Shown: piece by piece, positions 26,642 to 38,939 of the stretch | Layout: each line of letters opens with the position of its first letter | Position numbering within the stretch: the stretch's first letter is position 1 | Assembly: GCF_021730395.1 (NCBI RefSeq) | Contig: NC_069369.1 | Location: forward strand, 15,411,210 to 15,475,209 | Reading direction: 5' to 3' | Source: Mercenaria mercenaria | Taxonomy: Eukaryota | DNA: 64,000 nucleotides | Notes under the pieces: generated by a model | The model's input: the letters and a program-made list of their open reading frames with translations, nothing else | The model's database searches: none | What the model was told of the DNA's origin: nothing | Position numbers and translations under genes: made by a program

Positions 26642-27548
26642 CTGTAATAAAGACATGAAACAACGATTTCAATGATGGATGGATATCCATTATTTCTGAT
26701 TTCTATTAGTATAATTATGCAGCTACCAAAAGAGTCATGGATAAAAAATACTGTTGTTTTCCTTAACAAACACAAAATGCTAAATTTACAAGGTCATCAT
26801 TTAAACTGTGTAACAGATTGCTCAATGTAAGCAACAATTTCTGTACACCAGAATCCTGGAAACCTCTGTCTTGAGATCATATAAAAAGTACAGCTTTGAG
26901 GACTAGATGGAACTTATTCTGGACAAAGACAACTGCTAAATTTATAGAGATTTCCACTTTTCAGAGGTTCTTGTTCTGAAGTGTTCAACTGTACCTTCTA
27001 TTTCATTATTACAGTGTTACCTACCAACCATTTTGCTCAATGAGAAACCATAGGTAGGAAATATTCTTTTTAACACATGATAAACATGTCTATGGTCATT
27101 CATTTAATAATTCATTTTCAAATTTGTTAGTTATTTGCATACAAGTTAGTTCCGTACGAAATGAGGATTTGTTAACTGACTGTTCTATATAACTGAAACT
27201 GTGCAGGAAAAAAAGAGAAAACAGGAATGAAAAACTTGATAATTTATATTTTGAAGTCTAAAAGGAGGCATAGCTCCAGAAAATATAAATTGTCATGTAA
27301 GTCCTGATAATATATCTAGGTCCACTTTATGTTGATGATGTATACTATGTTTCATTTGATTTGGATGGAAAGTTGAGTACAAGTTGATTACACATTGTAG
27401 ATGAATTTTTATATTGCTGTCCAAAACAGGGTAAAACTCAATAAAAAAATAACTGGACATTGACAGACAGAATGATGGATGAACAGACAGTTTCAACACT
27501 ATATTACTCCAAGGTCTTTGACACTGGATCATAAATAGTGTTACCTAC

Positions 27549-27713
27549 CTTATCCGCAAAGGACTGGAAGAGGACACCATACAGGGCAGCTCTGAGTGTA
27601 AGATCATCTTCGACTGCTCCTATACCACCAACAGTCTTTTCTTCTTTCTCCTTTATTTCACCTACACCCTCTTCACTTAGCTCTTCATCTTTCTTCTCAT
27701 CATCAGTCTTTTC
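27549..27713 (-). CDS. Exon (EKTDDEKKDEELSEEGVGEIKEKEEKTVGGIGAVEDDLTLRAALYGVLFQSFADK)
   Basis: Acceptor cattttcaag and donor AAG|gtaggt. The exon is 165 nt in phase 0. Confidence 0.6.
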
Positions 27714-28708
27714 CTTGAAAATGAACAATAAAAAATAACAGATTTAACAAATTTAAGCCTCTTGTAGTTTTGCTAATCTGCTGAAGCGGAAGCATTTTAA
27801 AAGCACTGTCTTAAGCTCTTCTAAAAACATGGACTACAGAAATTCTGGGATTTGGGCAAAACTTCTCTTTGTCCCTTAATCAGCATAAAAATACATGTAT
27901 TACTGGTTTACCATGATTATGATATACTGACAAATAAGTTATGGCCAAATTTGGTTTAAACTACTTTCAGCTAATTTTGAATGTAACACCAATTAATGAT
28001 GAGGTTTTTAAATTCTGTATAAAAAATAATAATTTTACAAGTGCATCTGTAAACAAGAATGGAATTTCTGTCAACTGAAGGGACACACTAGACTAAGCAT
28101 ATTTTGTGTAATTGCTACAATGTCAGAATTCACTGAGGTTGAAAATTTTCAACAACAAAAACATCATATCCATAGTAATTTTTACTCCAATTATAGAAAT
28201 ATTTCTATTTACGTTATGCAGAAAGGATTTTCAGGTCTGTAAATCAAATTATATATTAGTTATGTATTGGCTACTCTGCAAGGGTTGAAGTAATATAAGG
28301 CAACTTTTGGTTATTTACATGAGAAATTATATCTCTCATTAAACATATTTTGTTTTTATTTCACTCAATGGTAACTGCTTGAAATGACTGTCCTCAATGT
28401 CAATGTAAAAAGACACTAAATTTGACATTAAGTCAAACAGATTTGAGATCTTTTGAACTTGACTGTGTTTTCCTCAGCCAAATAAAAATAATGATTTGCA
28501 ACAGAAGAGACAGTGACCAGAAACTGAAGAGTTTCCTGTTGTTGGCGGGAAAAGTACTTTACAATTCATATTTCAGAACTAAATCAGGTTCCAGTTTACC
28601 ATGTATTTTGACAAGTAATACAATACTTGCTGTGTATCTAGAAAAAGCCATAACTTTCTTTGTTTTATAAGAAAAGAACTGAGGGCAATTCCAACAGCTT
28701 TTACTCAC

Positions 28709-28880
28709 CTCCTTTTTCTTCTGTGAGTCAGCAGTTTCTGTAATACACTGCAGGATGATTCTGATTGGTTCCCTGAGCAGCTCTCGTTCTATTGGCTGAC
28801 TGACCAGCGGACAACATGTGTTCCAGTAATGTCTCGCTGCAGTCATCACCAGCTCATAGTTATCTGCCTTCATTGCAAAC
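28709..28880 (-). CDS. Exon (FAMKADNYELVMTAARHYWNTCCPLVSQPIERELLREPIRIILQCITETADSQKKKE)
   Basis: Acceptor ttttacag and donor GAG|gtgagt. Confidence 0.6.
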
Positions 28881-29276
28881 CTGTAAAACAACATGTATAA
28901 TATAACAGGAACTGTGTCTATGTAGTGGAAGTTTATCTTAAATTTTACTTTGAATGGGGTAGATTTAAATAATAAGCAAAATTTTAAAGCATTTCTCAAA
29001 ATCTTTCCTAACCACATTATTTTCTTTATCCAAAGCATTATAAAGAAAGTCACCTCTGCCCACTGAAAACAGTATGTTATAAAGCTAGCGAAAAAAACAA
29101 ATATAGGAAAATGTCTGTCAGATATGACACAACTAAAATTACAAATGTACTAACTTTCTGCTTCAAATTGCTTTTCTAAATTCCCCTGCTCCCACTTATA
29201 TAATAATTTATCCCTTTAAATTGAACCGGCTTAATTTCCTTAAAAGTGTAAATGTAACAATTTGACTATGAGTTAC

Positions 29277-29408
29277 CTTGCACTGTTGAGGAATGCTGAC
29301 AAAGATTCTCTACGTATGGCATTTTTGCCACCCATGTTGTCCACAAGACTTTGACCAAGGATACCACTGGAGTAACTCAACATTTCAAACTCTACCATCT
29401 GGCTGTGC
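29277..29408 (-). CDS. Exon (HSQMVEFEMLSYSSGILGQSLVDNMGGKNAIRRESLSAFLNSA)
   Basis: Acceptor ctgcag and donor AG|gtaact. The other two frames contain stops. Confidence 0.55.
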
Positions 29409-29762
29409 CTGCAGATTAAAAATCAATAATGTAATAATACAGCTATATCCCAGCAATTCAAGTCCCCTACTGAAAGAGGTATTTGTCACATTTACTGCTA
29501 TAGGAACCACATTTTATGATACCAACACAAAACTGAAGGATCTGCGTACTCTACACATAACCAATCATCAATAAATAAGGAAACAATATCTTTTAAAGTT
29601 AATGCAGGATCTATCACAGGCATTTCAAGCTCAATCAATATGAATATGTACGGGTTAGATCTCTCTTTTTGCAACTAAGTTGTATATAAGCTGAACACTG
29701 CAGCAAAGTTTCTTGACATTTAATCTGCATTTGTCCTATGGAATGACCGGGATAAAACCTAC

Positions 29763-29941
29763 CCATCTATTTTCTTGGTCTTTGGTTGTGTTCCTGTTGT
29801 AGCAAACCTCAAAGCCTTCTTGCTGCACCGCATAACCAAGCTGTGCATCTTTTGATCATACGCCAGAGATGTGAGATGGGACCATAGTTGGAGCTCCACA
29901 AACTTATCAGTCCATCTGCATTCCTCTACCATGTTAGCAAC
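29763..29941 (-). CDS. Exon (VANMVEECRWTDKFVELQLWSHLTSLAYDQKMHSLVMRCSKKALRFATTGTQPKTKKID)
   Basis: The acceptor is ...ttgaaag, with an in-frame stop just upstream, and the donor is GG|gtaggt. Confidence 0.55.
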
Positions 29942-30521
29942 CTTTCAAAATTACAATGAACATAATACTTTTGATATTGTCTCGTCTAGGCTGTACTTTG
30001 TTTGTATTTATTTGCATACTGTTATGTTTAAAGATCTTAGGGAAGCGCATAACTGATTTCTTTATCTTTTTCCCAATGTATTTCTAATTTCAAATCAAGG
30101 ACTAATACAAAATGTATGACAGGCAGAATAAATTTGCACACTTCATAACAGAATAAAGTCTGAGTGTAATATTTGTACTGTTTGTACTAGTTTGTGCGTC
30201 TGACTGACAGGTTTTTCAACAGCATTTCAGCTATGCAGAGGTCACAGCATAACCAGTGTTCTTAGATTCTGTACCAGTACAGACTTGGCCTCTGGTAAGT
30301 GACAAACAAAGGTCTTGTATCACTAGTTATAAACTGTTTTCAAAGAAATTTTCCCAGAGAACATACACTGTGTCCAGTATAGAACTCTCAACCTCTCCAT
30401 TCAGAGTTTACTCTACCACCTCAGCTATCCTGGCAATGCTTAATCTATAAGAATATCTAATATTGGAGCTGAACTGGTGAAATGCTGCTATAATTCAGCA
30501 ATGATCACTGTAAAATGTTAC

Positions 30522-30632
30522 CTCAGCTATGGGAGGCACTTCCTTAAACTCCATGATATTGTTCTTGTTGAGTTTCAACATCTCCACAGCAACAATAGAC
30601 CTTGACATTGCTCTCTGACCCTCTGTCCAAGG
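30522..30632 (-). CDS. Exon (PWTEGQRAMSRSIVAVEMLKLNKNNIMEFKEVPPIAE)
   Basis: Acceptor tatttatag and donor GAG|gtaaca. The exon is 111 nt in phase 0. Confidence 0.55.
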
Positions 30633-30689
30633 CTATAAATAGAATTCATGTCATTTCCAATACATCTTTCATGGCTATGTGTTTCTATT

Positions 30690-31060
30690 TGAAAGAGAAC
30701 TACACTACCTTTTAAGGACGTATGGTAGAATTTGGTGCGAAAATTTTCCCAATAACAGAATTTCTTCAAACTTTGGATATTGAAGGACAATCATCTAAGA
30801 AACAAAAAAATGCAATAAAAATCATAGGTCACCAGATTCAAAAAAGAGTTATCTGCCCTTGAAAACGGCATTTCCCCCAAAAATGACGTTTTCATGGGCA
30901 GATAACTCTTTTTCAAATCCGGTGACCTATGATTTTTATTGCATTTTTTTGTTTCTTAGATGACTGTCCTTCAATATCCAAAGTTTAAAGAAATTCTGTT
31001 ATTGGGAAAATTTTCGCCCATCTCATATACAGGGAATTCTAGCATACGCCTTTAAAGAAA
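30690..31060. mobile_element. Long foldback (hairpin) element, copy 1; copy 2 lies at about 46,590-46,910
   Basis: A near-perfect inverted repeat of about 370 bp (…ttcttcaaactttggatattgaaggacaatcatctaagaaac…gagttatctgccc…gggcagataactc…gtttcttagatgactgtccttcaatatccaaagtttaaagaa…). The second copy is about 85% identical. Confidence 0.55.
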
Positions 31061-31084
31061 ATCTACACATATATCTGATACATA

Positions 31085-31325
31085 CAAGCCATGCCATGGG
31101 AAAACCAACATAGTGGCTTTGTGACCAGCATGGATCCAGACCAGCCTGCGCATCCGCGCAGTCTGGTCAGGATCCATACTGTTCACTTTCGTTGTCTATT
31201 GGAATTAGAGAAATCGTTAGCGAACAGCATGGATCCTGATCAGACTACGCGGATGCGCAGGCTGGTCTGGATCCATGCTGGTCGCACACCCACTATGTTG
31301 GTTTTCTCATGGCGCAGCTCAATTA
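31085..31325. mobile_element. Palindromic MITE, family B, copy 1 (TIRs catgggaaaaccaacatagtgg … ccactatgttggttttctcatgg); copy 2 lies at about 44,225-44,415
   Basis: A nearly perfect inverted repeat of about 240 bp, centred on gatccagaccagcctgcgcatccgcgcag…. The second copy shares both TIRs. Confidence 0.55.
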
Positions 31326-31709
31326 CGAATGTCTAACGTGTATTTTTTTTTTGTTGGGTTTAACCTTGCACCAAAACAATTATAGGTCATATGGTGACTT
31401 TCCAGCTTTGATAGTGGAGGTGTCCCTCCATAATTATTTCAAAAAAGGGAACAACACCTGTAGAACACTGACTTCTGCAAGCTTCTGATGCAGTGAGTGT
31501 GAAATCTATTCCGACATTGTTCGACTCAGGACTTTTTGACCTGCGGTCAAGTGACGTTTTCAGCATTCCGTCGTCGCTGACTAAGTACACAAATTTTCAT
31601 GGTTTAAATGTAAAAATAGAAGAATTAATTTAGGAACGCTGAGCATTCAGATACTTCAACTTTATGGATTTAATATAAGAATATATATGTATGAAACGGA
31701 ATGTTTCAC

Positions 31710-31853
31710 CTGCAAGGCCTCATCGAATTTCTCCAGTTTGGGGGAAAAACCATACTTGTCTAAATTTGCAGTCTTTCTCTGCAACATGGTCATGATATTC
31801 TGATCTGCGTGATTGTTTGCAACATTACAGCTATTGTTCGAATAGAAACCAAA
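31710..31853 (-). CDS. Exon (FGFYSNNSCNVANNHADQNIMTMLQRKTANLDKYGFSPKLEKFDEALQ); the 5' boundary is uncertain
   Basis: Donor CAG|gtgaaa. The only upstream acceptor in phase 0 is tttaaag at about 31853. Confidence 0.4.
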
Positions 31854-33813
31854 CTTTAAACAATTATCACAATTTGGACAAATTGTTCAAGTTACAACTC
31901 GTCTGCCAACAAAAATTAAAGTAATAGTTCAAAACACAAGAGCTCGCTTGTACGAGTCGCGAATGTTTCACGTTTGTTTTTCTAGCAGTCAAAAAGTGCC
32001 ATGCATTACCAATGGTTCACTGCAGATGAGCAGTGCCTTAGGTTTCTGTTGAATGTCGACTGCCTCCGGTCGAACACACTAAGTGTCGAGCTTTTTTTGA
32101 AACCGCTACAGTACAGTTTACACTTTGTATTTCCTTTTGTTTTTGGTTTATTGTTGAAATCCAAAAGTAGTTTGATGCGGTCAAGTGATTTTCAGTTTCA
32201 TTTGTCCTCAGGAAAGTGTAAAGAAATACTGGGGATATCCACACCCCTGCTGGATGGCTTCCTGACTTGAAGAATTCAATGTCTTTAGTGAGGCTCGAAA
32301 TCACATTGGTGAGGGGCAAGTCATTTGAAGTCAGTCACCTTACCCACTCGGCCACAGAGGCTCCCTGTCTAATGTGTAAAGCTAATAATGAAATTTGTAT
32401 ATAACAATAACTAATCACTACCAAAAGGAAAGTCAGTTATTGTTGCTTTGAGGATCAATCTCAGAATATAACCTTTCTTTTCTAGTTCATGATAATGCTC
32501 ATGTATAACCAATCAATTGTTCGACCTGGATTACTACCTTTATAACATTTCAGTACAACTAAGGTTTGTTACATTCAATAGATGTTTATGTACAAATGCT
32601 AGATTTTTTTCAAAGTAAGGATCAGTAATCAGTAATTTGTGCTAAGAATATAAAGTATGTAATTAACGAAAGAGTGCGACCCCGAAGGTTATGATTGGCC
32701 AGCTCCACCAGTTTGAAGATCTGACAGTAAACAATTTATGACTCAATTAATAACACAACCAATAAGTATAAAAAGCTAAATTAAAATTATAACTCATGTT
32801 GCCAATAAAAATACAAATCAAGTTTACGGACATGTTACCACACATGCAGATGATCGATGATAAAAGATACATTTCTCAATGTTTCAAATCATTATTAGTT
32901 ATTATTAGTACTAATCCAAAAGCAAAGACTGCCAAAAAACTGTTACGATGAAAAAGGGCGTAATCTGGTCAAAAATACAGTTAGAGTTATGAGAATTGAA
33001 CCATTACAGCAGATAATATCCAATAGAATGTTTAAACTCCCCAAACAAGTCATTCATCATATTTAAGTACCAAATGAATATTCTATAAACAGCCAACGTT
33101 TCAAGGAAAAATTTAACTTACAAATTACTACAAGTATATCCAACATGGTACCTATTAACTTGGCTAAAATAGGCCAAGCCCCCGCAAGCATATCTTTGTT
33201 TTATGCTGGACAATGTTTATGTGAGTTACAGTTAAGATAAAGCAATAGGTAACAAAGATATGACAGCAAGAAAAAGTTTGCCAAACACCTTTAACCAAGA
33301 AAGCAAGATGCCGAGGGCGAGTAACTAGCATACCATTTTTCGAATAGTGGAGCTAAAATGTTTTACATCTGAAAAGTTTCTTGATAAGAAAAGAGTCTTA
33401 TACATATCACCTCAATCAGGTCAGGCCAAGTTATTTTATGATTTGATGTTTGTGCCATGCCTGGCTTGCAAACACCCATGTTTGTATTTATGGCATCCTA
33501 ACTAGATGGGACACCATCAAATCAGCAATGGGAATTGTAACCATTGATAGCACCTCATTACATATTCACAGACCTGTAATACACAAATACTTTAGTCACC
33601 CCCCGATTGTCATTCACATGTGGTTTGACAGGACACTCTTGTCCAATCAAAGACCACTATTATAATTTACTAGTGTCCACTTCACAACAATTGACTGTTA
33701 TTCATTTAAACAAGTAGGAGGAAATGACCAAAAAAAAAGAAAAAGAAAAAAAAAGATGATGTCTTGACAAAAATCAAGAATTTCTATTAAATCTCCAAGA
33801 TTCCAGATCATAC

Positions 33814-34030
33814 CTCAATGGCTTTCTTCAGGTCAGGCATGGCTTCGGATGCAATTGTTACCATGTTTGTAGTACTCTTCTTTGCTTTAGGATCAGCCTT
33901 TCCTTTCTTCCCAGAGTCTATTCTCCCGGGGGACTCTGGAGGTGTTGTCTCCTTGCTGGATACTGGTATCCAGGGCTTCATCAGGGCGTATGACAGAGCG
34001 TTACATACATTTACTAGCGAGGAAGTCTCG
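33814..34030 (-). CDS. Exon (…ETSSLVNVCNALSYALMKPWIPVSSKETTPPESPGRIDSGKKGKADPKAKKSTTNMVTIASEAMPDLKKAIE)
   Basis: Acceptor ttattacag and donor GAG|gtatga. The exon is 217 nt. Confidence 0.55.
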
Positions 34031-34387
34031 CTGTAATAGAAATAAACATCCTCACATTGTAATGTAAAAACAAAGAATATTCTATTCTTACAAAGAAACT
34101 GAATACTTCAATTACATTTTATTTTAATGTTCAGACATACAAACTTACAAAACCTTATGATTTTTAAAAATTACAATCTCGAACAATTTCATGATCATTA
34201 TGTTTTATAGAAGACACTGAATTATACAGAGATCTCATATAACTTGTATTGAAATTGCTCAGAACAACTTGATCACTATCAAAAGAGTCTGTTTTCCATA
34301 CCAGAAAAAGGAACAATGGACAGAAACACTTCAGCATTATTTATATGTAAAATCATTATATTCTTAAACATGATATTGTTAACTTAC

Positions 34388-34600
34388 TTTGCATGTCCAA
34401 CATTTTTCAGTCCATCAAATACAACAGTCAGAGTATCCATGATTTCTCTATGCCTCAGCTGTGTTAACACATGGTTATTGTAGTTCCACACATATGTTGT
34501 GGCACAGCAGACCAGCCAGGCTTCATTCAGCTCAACACCAAGTGCTAAACCTCGCAGGAAACTGCTTGTACCACATTCTGACAGTGATTTTATCCAGTCA
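34388..34600 (-). CDS. Exon (DWIKSLSECGTSSFLRGLALGVELNEAWLVCCATTYVWNYNNHVLTQLRHREIMDTLTVVFDGLKNVGHA)
   Basis: Acceptor ttaatttcag and donor AA|gtaagt. Confidence 0.6.
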
Positions 34601-35185
34601 CTGAAATTAACAACAATGTATCTGGTACTCATTAGTATATACCTATCTATACAAACAGTAACAGAATTGTATAGGACAGAATTGCAACCCAGCCAATAAA
34701 CAGAAGCGTGTGCTAAAACCAGTTACTGGAACACCACATGCAATTCCAGTAACTGGAGTTACATTTAGGAATATGAAATGACCTTTGGCACTTGTAAAAC
34801 TATATATTCCCCTGCACTAATATTGATCTTGTCATGCCAATAACCACTTACAGCTAACCTTTTTTGTTTTTAAAAAAAAGTGTATTATTCTCACTGTATC
34901 ATTCACAATTTCACATGAAATGTGCTAGCCTAGGCTACATAATTATACAGACACAAATAACAAAATAAGTATTCTGTAAAAGTGTATATGTCACATTTAG
35001 AATATTTAAAAAACAACACTTAATCTGACTTTAAAAACTATACGTGGGAGTTTTCTGATGTAAACAATTAAACCACTAAAGCTCTCTTATAAATTACTGG
35101 AACATAACAACAAGATGATGAACCCTAATAACATAATGAGGATGACCTAGTTACTGATAGACAATGACAACAACAACAGCAATAC

Positions 35186-35319
35186 CAGTATTCTATCCAA
35201 TCAGGATCCTCCTCTGGTTTTTTAGCAACATAACCTTTCGGATGTTTGCGTGTGTCAACTGGAGGTATAGGAGCGTCATTCAGTTGGACTCCTTCTGTAC
35301 GTAACAGGTGAACCATTGC
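35186..35319 (-). CDS. Exon (AMVHLLRTEGVQLNDAPIPPVDTRKHPKGYVAKKPEEDPDWIEY)
   Basis: Acceptor tatttacag and donor TG|gtattg. This donor was chosen because its 2-nt leftover matches the 1-nt start of the next exon. Confidence 0.5.
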
Positions 35320-35392
35320 CTGTAAATAAACATCATATGTCACAGTTTGTTTTAAAGAAAAGAAAAGAAACTAGAGATGCTTTGAGAAAAGC

Positions 35393-36600
35393 AATGTCTC
35401 CCACAACTGCCCTATGAAAATGTTGTTTCTCTAGATTTTATTAAAACGATGATACCAGATTAGAGTCTGGATGAGGCCATCAGTATTTCAAGGCCAAAAA
35501 TCAAAAGTCTGGATGTTTTTGGTAGTTATCCGAACTGTAATGTTTATGGCAAACACTTGTTGTCAAGTTTGGTGAAGATAGCGGATTGAATATGTTCGAC
35601 TAGAGTTGCGGTAAAAAGTATAACAGAGAATTTTTCATAATCCAAAGGGCCGTAATACAAAATGCTGGACCGATTTGCTAATTATCGACTTTGGCGAGGT
35701 CCTTATGTGGCAACACATTTTGGTTCAAGTTTGTGAAGTTAAGAGAGAAATGTTGACTAACTAATGCGACTAATAAAAAGGCCATATTTTCGTAATTCAA
35801 AAGGGGCCAGAAACTTCAAAATAGCCTGGACAATTTGGCTGTTATCGAACTGGGTCGAAGGTCTCATGGTGCAACATATTTTTTTAAAGTATTGGTGAAG
35901 ATACGGATGAGAAATGTTTGACCTTAGAGGCGACAAAAGTAAAAAGCTGATTTTTCGTAATCCAAGGGCCGTAACTACAAAAAGCCTGAACGATTTGGCT
36001 AATTATCGACTTGCGAGGTTCAGGTCATACCATTTGTCAGTTGGTGAAGACGAAGATCAATGTTTGCTAAGAGCGACATGAGTTTAAAAAGCATTTTTCG
36101 AAATTCAAGGGCCGTAACATCAAAATGCTTAACCAATTTGGCTATATATCGAACTTGGCTGGGTCAATGGTCAACACATTATGTAAGTGGTGAAGATTAA
36201 ATGAAAATATTCGAATTAGAGTGCGGACAAGATATAAAGACCTTTTTGGTAATTCAAAGGCCATAACTCTAGGACGCCTGGAACCGATTGCTAGTATCGA
36301 ACTGGTGAGGTCTCATGGCAAACATATTTGTGTAAGTTTGGTGAAGATTGATAGAACATATCAAATTAGAGTGCGGCAGAGTATAAAGCCAATTTTTGGT
36401 ATCAAGCATACTCCAAAATGCCGGACCGATTTGCTAGTATCGAACTTGGCCGAGTCTTCACGGGCAAACACTTGTTCAAGTTTGGTGAAAATGATGAAAT
36501 TCGACTAGAGTGCGGACAAGCTTTGTGCAGACACACACACACAGACTGGAGTAAATCAATATGTCTCCCACACCACTGTGTGGTGGGAGACATAATGACA
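35393..36600 (+). mobile_element. Tandem-repeat carrier element, (CA)n/hairpin subtype
   Basis: About 7 units of about 150 bp (…aagggccgtaa…gatttggct…atcgaact…) from 35,450 to 36,520, then cagacacacacacacagac, then the perfect hairpin atgtctcccacaccactgtgtggtgggagacat. The 5' end also contains atgtctcccaca. Confidence 0.55.
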
Positions 36601-36951
36601 AAATAACTGTTTCTTTACTGTCTAGATGATTGCTGATCACAGATATTCCAACTAACCATTGTTGTGTAAGGTTTTTAACACTGCTGCAAATATCTTTGAC
36701 AGAAATTTTAGTTACCTCTAATAAAAGGGGTTTGTCTCGAAAAAAGAATTAATTTGAAGTTTAGACAATAACTGTCAGAAGACAGCAATCCTCAAATATT
36801 CAAAAGTCACCAAACAAAATTAAATAAATGAATACCAAAAGTCAAGACAAAGGTACAAACCAACCTACAGGTTTAGATAGTAGCCTGGTCTTTCTACACT
36901 ACAGCATTCTGTCCAGGTGATTCAAATGTACATATAATAAATATAGCTTAC

Positions 36952-37144
36952 CTCTCCTTGAATGAAGTTAACCTCAGCAAACATCCTGAGAAGATCTTTG
37001 TCATACAGTGAAGATTGTGGTGTAGGGGAGTCTGACCTTCCTCCATCTTGCTGGGTAAGCTGTGTGCTGGACCGGTCCATGGCTGACTGGGTGCCGTCTG
37101 CAACATTTGAATCTGCTGTCTTAGACTTCTCTGGTGGCTTTGGA
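36952..37144 (-). CDS. Exon (KPPEKSKTADSNVADGTQSAMDRSSTQLTQQDGGRSDSPTPQSSLYDKDLLRMFAEVNFIQGE)
   Basis: Acceptor tatttttag and donor GAG|gtaagc. Confidence 0.6.
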
Positions 37145-37671
37145 CTAAAATAAAGTTGAAATAATGATTTAGTCTGCAATATACCAATAGCTGTTTTGTT
37201 TTTAATATTTTTCATATTCTTTTTTGCAGGAAATTTTGAGAATCTCTATTTCAAAAGCATAATTATTTACATTTTGTATCTGGGTTTTTAAAGCACTAAA
37301 TGAAATAATGACCCCAAGAACTCGAAATAATTGTAAAATTAGCAACTTTGGTTCACACACTATATAAACTGACTGATGCAAATGTATCATGATTTACCAT
37401 GTGGCAATGCTAATAGCCCAAGACATTTTCTGGGGAATCATCAACAAACAAGATGGTATCATATATAACAAATTCTACCTGTGTTTGAATTAAACATTTT
37501 CAGATCAACCAATTTGGGATCTATGACCACGTGATTCCTGGTGGGAATCCTTGATTCTAGAATAAAATCTTAGGACCCTTATTATTAATTAAATGTTTAG
37601 ATATCAAAATATTAGGAAGAATATAACTTTAATCAGATCTTTCATGTCTGAATAAAATATATATTACCAAC

Positions 37672-37803
37672 CTCTCATCTTTTTCTATGATAATATTTTT
37701 CCATCTTCCATCATCATAAAGCAAGCAGAATCTAGAGGCCACACGACAAACATCCCATACCTCCTGTTTGCGGGCAGTCTTAGCTAAGTCTCCCCAAAGT
37801 CTT
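37672..37803 (-). CDS. Exon (ARLWGDLAKTARKQEVWDVCRVASRFCLLYDDGRWKNIIIEKDE)
   Basis: Acceptor tttcagag and donor AG|gttggt. The sequence matches minus-strand track ORF 37629..37838. Confidence 0.55.
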
Positions 37804-38304
37804 GCTCTGAAATATAATGATTGTACACTCAGTAACAATGTTTTTGTTTAACTATCAATAACAAGCCCAAATATTTGTTTAAAATCAGAAATTTCAGACT
37901 GTGCTTTGTAGCATGAAGTATCTGTTGTAAAGACAAATTACAGGAGTCAAAGACAAGAATTTGCGGCCAATCTTGAGCTCTGTGTCAAAACCAAACTTAC
38001 AAGCATTCTGAAAACCTTCTATTTATTCTCATATTCAATTCAGTCAGAATACTAACACATTGGTATATTACTGAGCTATTGGCTTGATATAATTTACTGA
38101 ATCAGTAACAACAACGGCATCAATGCAAAGGCTTTATCTGTGATAAAATTCAGGTCACATTGCAACTCTCCAGCTTCAATGGTGAAGGACTCCTTTCTTT
38201 TTACTTTTTGTTTTACAGAATGAATGTCTTTAAGAAAGGTAACTTTTATAACACTTTAATTAATTCCACTGGCATACCATAACATATCCACTGTTCTGGC
38301 TTAC

Positions 38305-38381
38305 CAGTAGTTGTGAGATATTTATAAATCAAAGAAAATAGAGCCAGCGAAACACCACTGTCAAACGTAGATGTTGCTGGA
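38305..38381 (-). CDS. Exon (PATSTFDSGVSLALFSLIYKYLTTT)
   Basis: Strong signals: acceptor ttttag and donor G|gtaagc. Only one frame is open, and its phase links to the exon at 37803. Confidence 0.4.
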
Positions 38382-38939
38382 CTAAAAAAGTGATAAGTAT
38401 TGCCAATGATCATACATAAGTCCTCCTACTGGAAGACTTTGTTCTACTGCGTATAATATAATGAGATTTATGTTAATGAGTATAAACACTAGTGTCTATA
38501 ATATACAAGTATAATTATAAAGAAACACTTGATAAAATTTTGCATACATTAATAACTTATAGATGCTTTGCTTGGATTAAATTTTGACCATTTTGAAAAA
38601 GTTATTATGTAAGGTTATTCTACAGTACACAGAAAGGGTATAATATTGTTAATCCCTAAAAATAATATAACACAAAAAGAACAAAAACTATTAGACCAAA
38701 AATATGTGATAAAAGTCCACAATATTATCTTTACCAGGTTAGAATAGTCAAGACATCTTAAAATTCAAATGTACTGCATGTATGTTACCACAGAATAGTG
38801 GTCCTTATTTTTCCTAACAGCAGTAATTTAAAAAAGTACCAATATAAGTAATTTATAGTAACAACAAAGGTAGAATACGTAAAAAAGGGTGCTTCATGGC
38901 AATGAACATTTGTGCCCCAAATTACATTCAAAATCCGTC

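Noticed and set aside
28559-29053. 164-aa minus-strand track ORF as a single coding unit
   Set aside because: Only the central part, about 28,709-28,880, is a bona fide exon bounded by AG/GT. The rest is intronic read-through.
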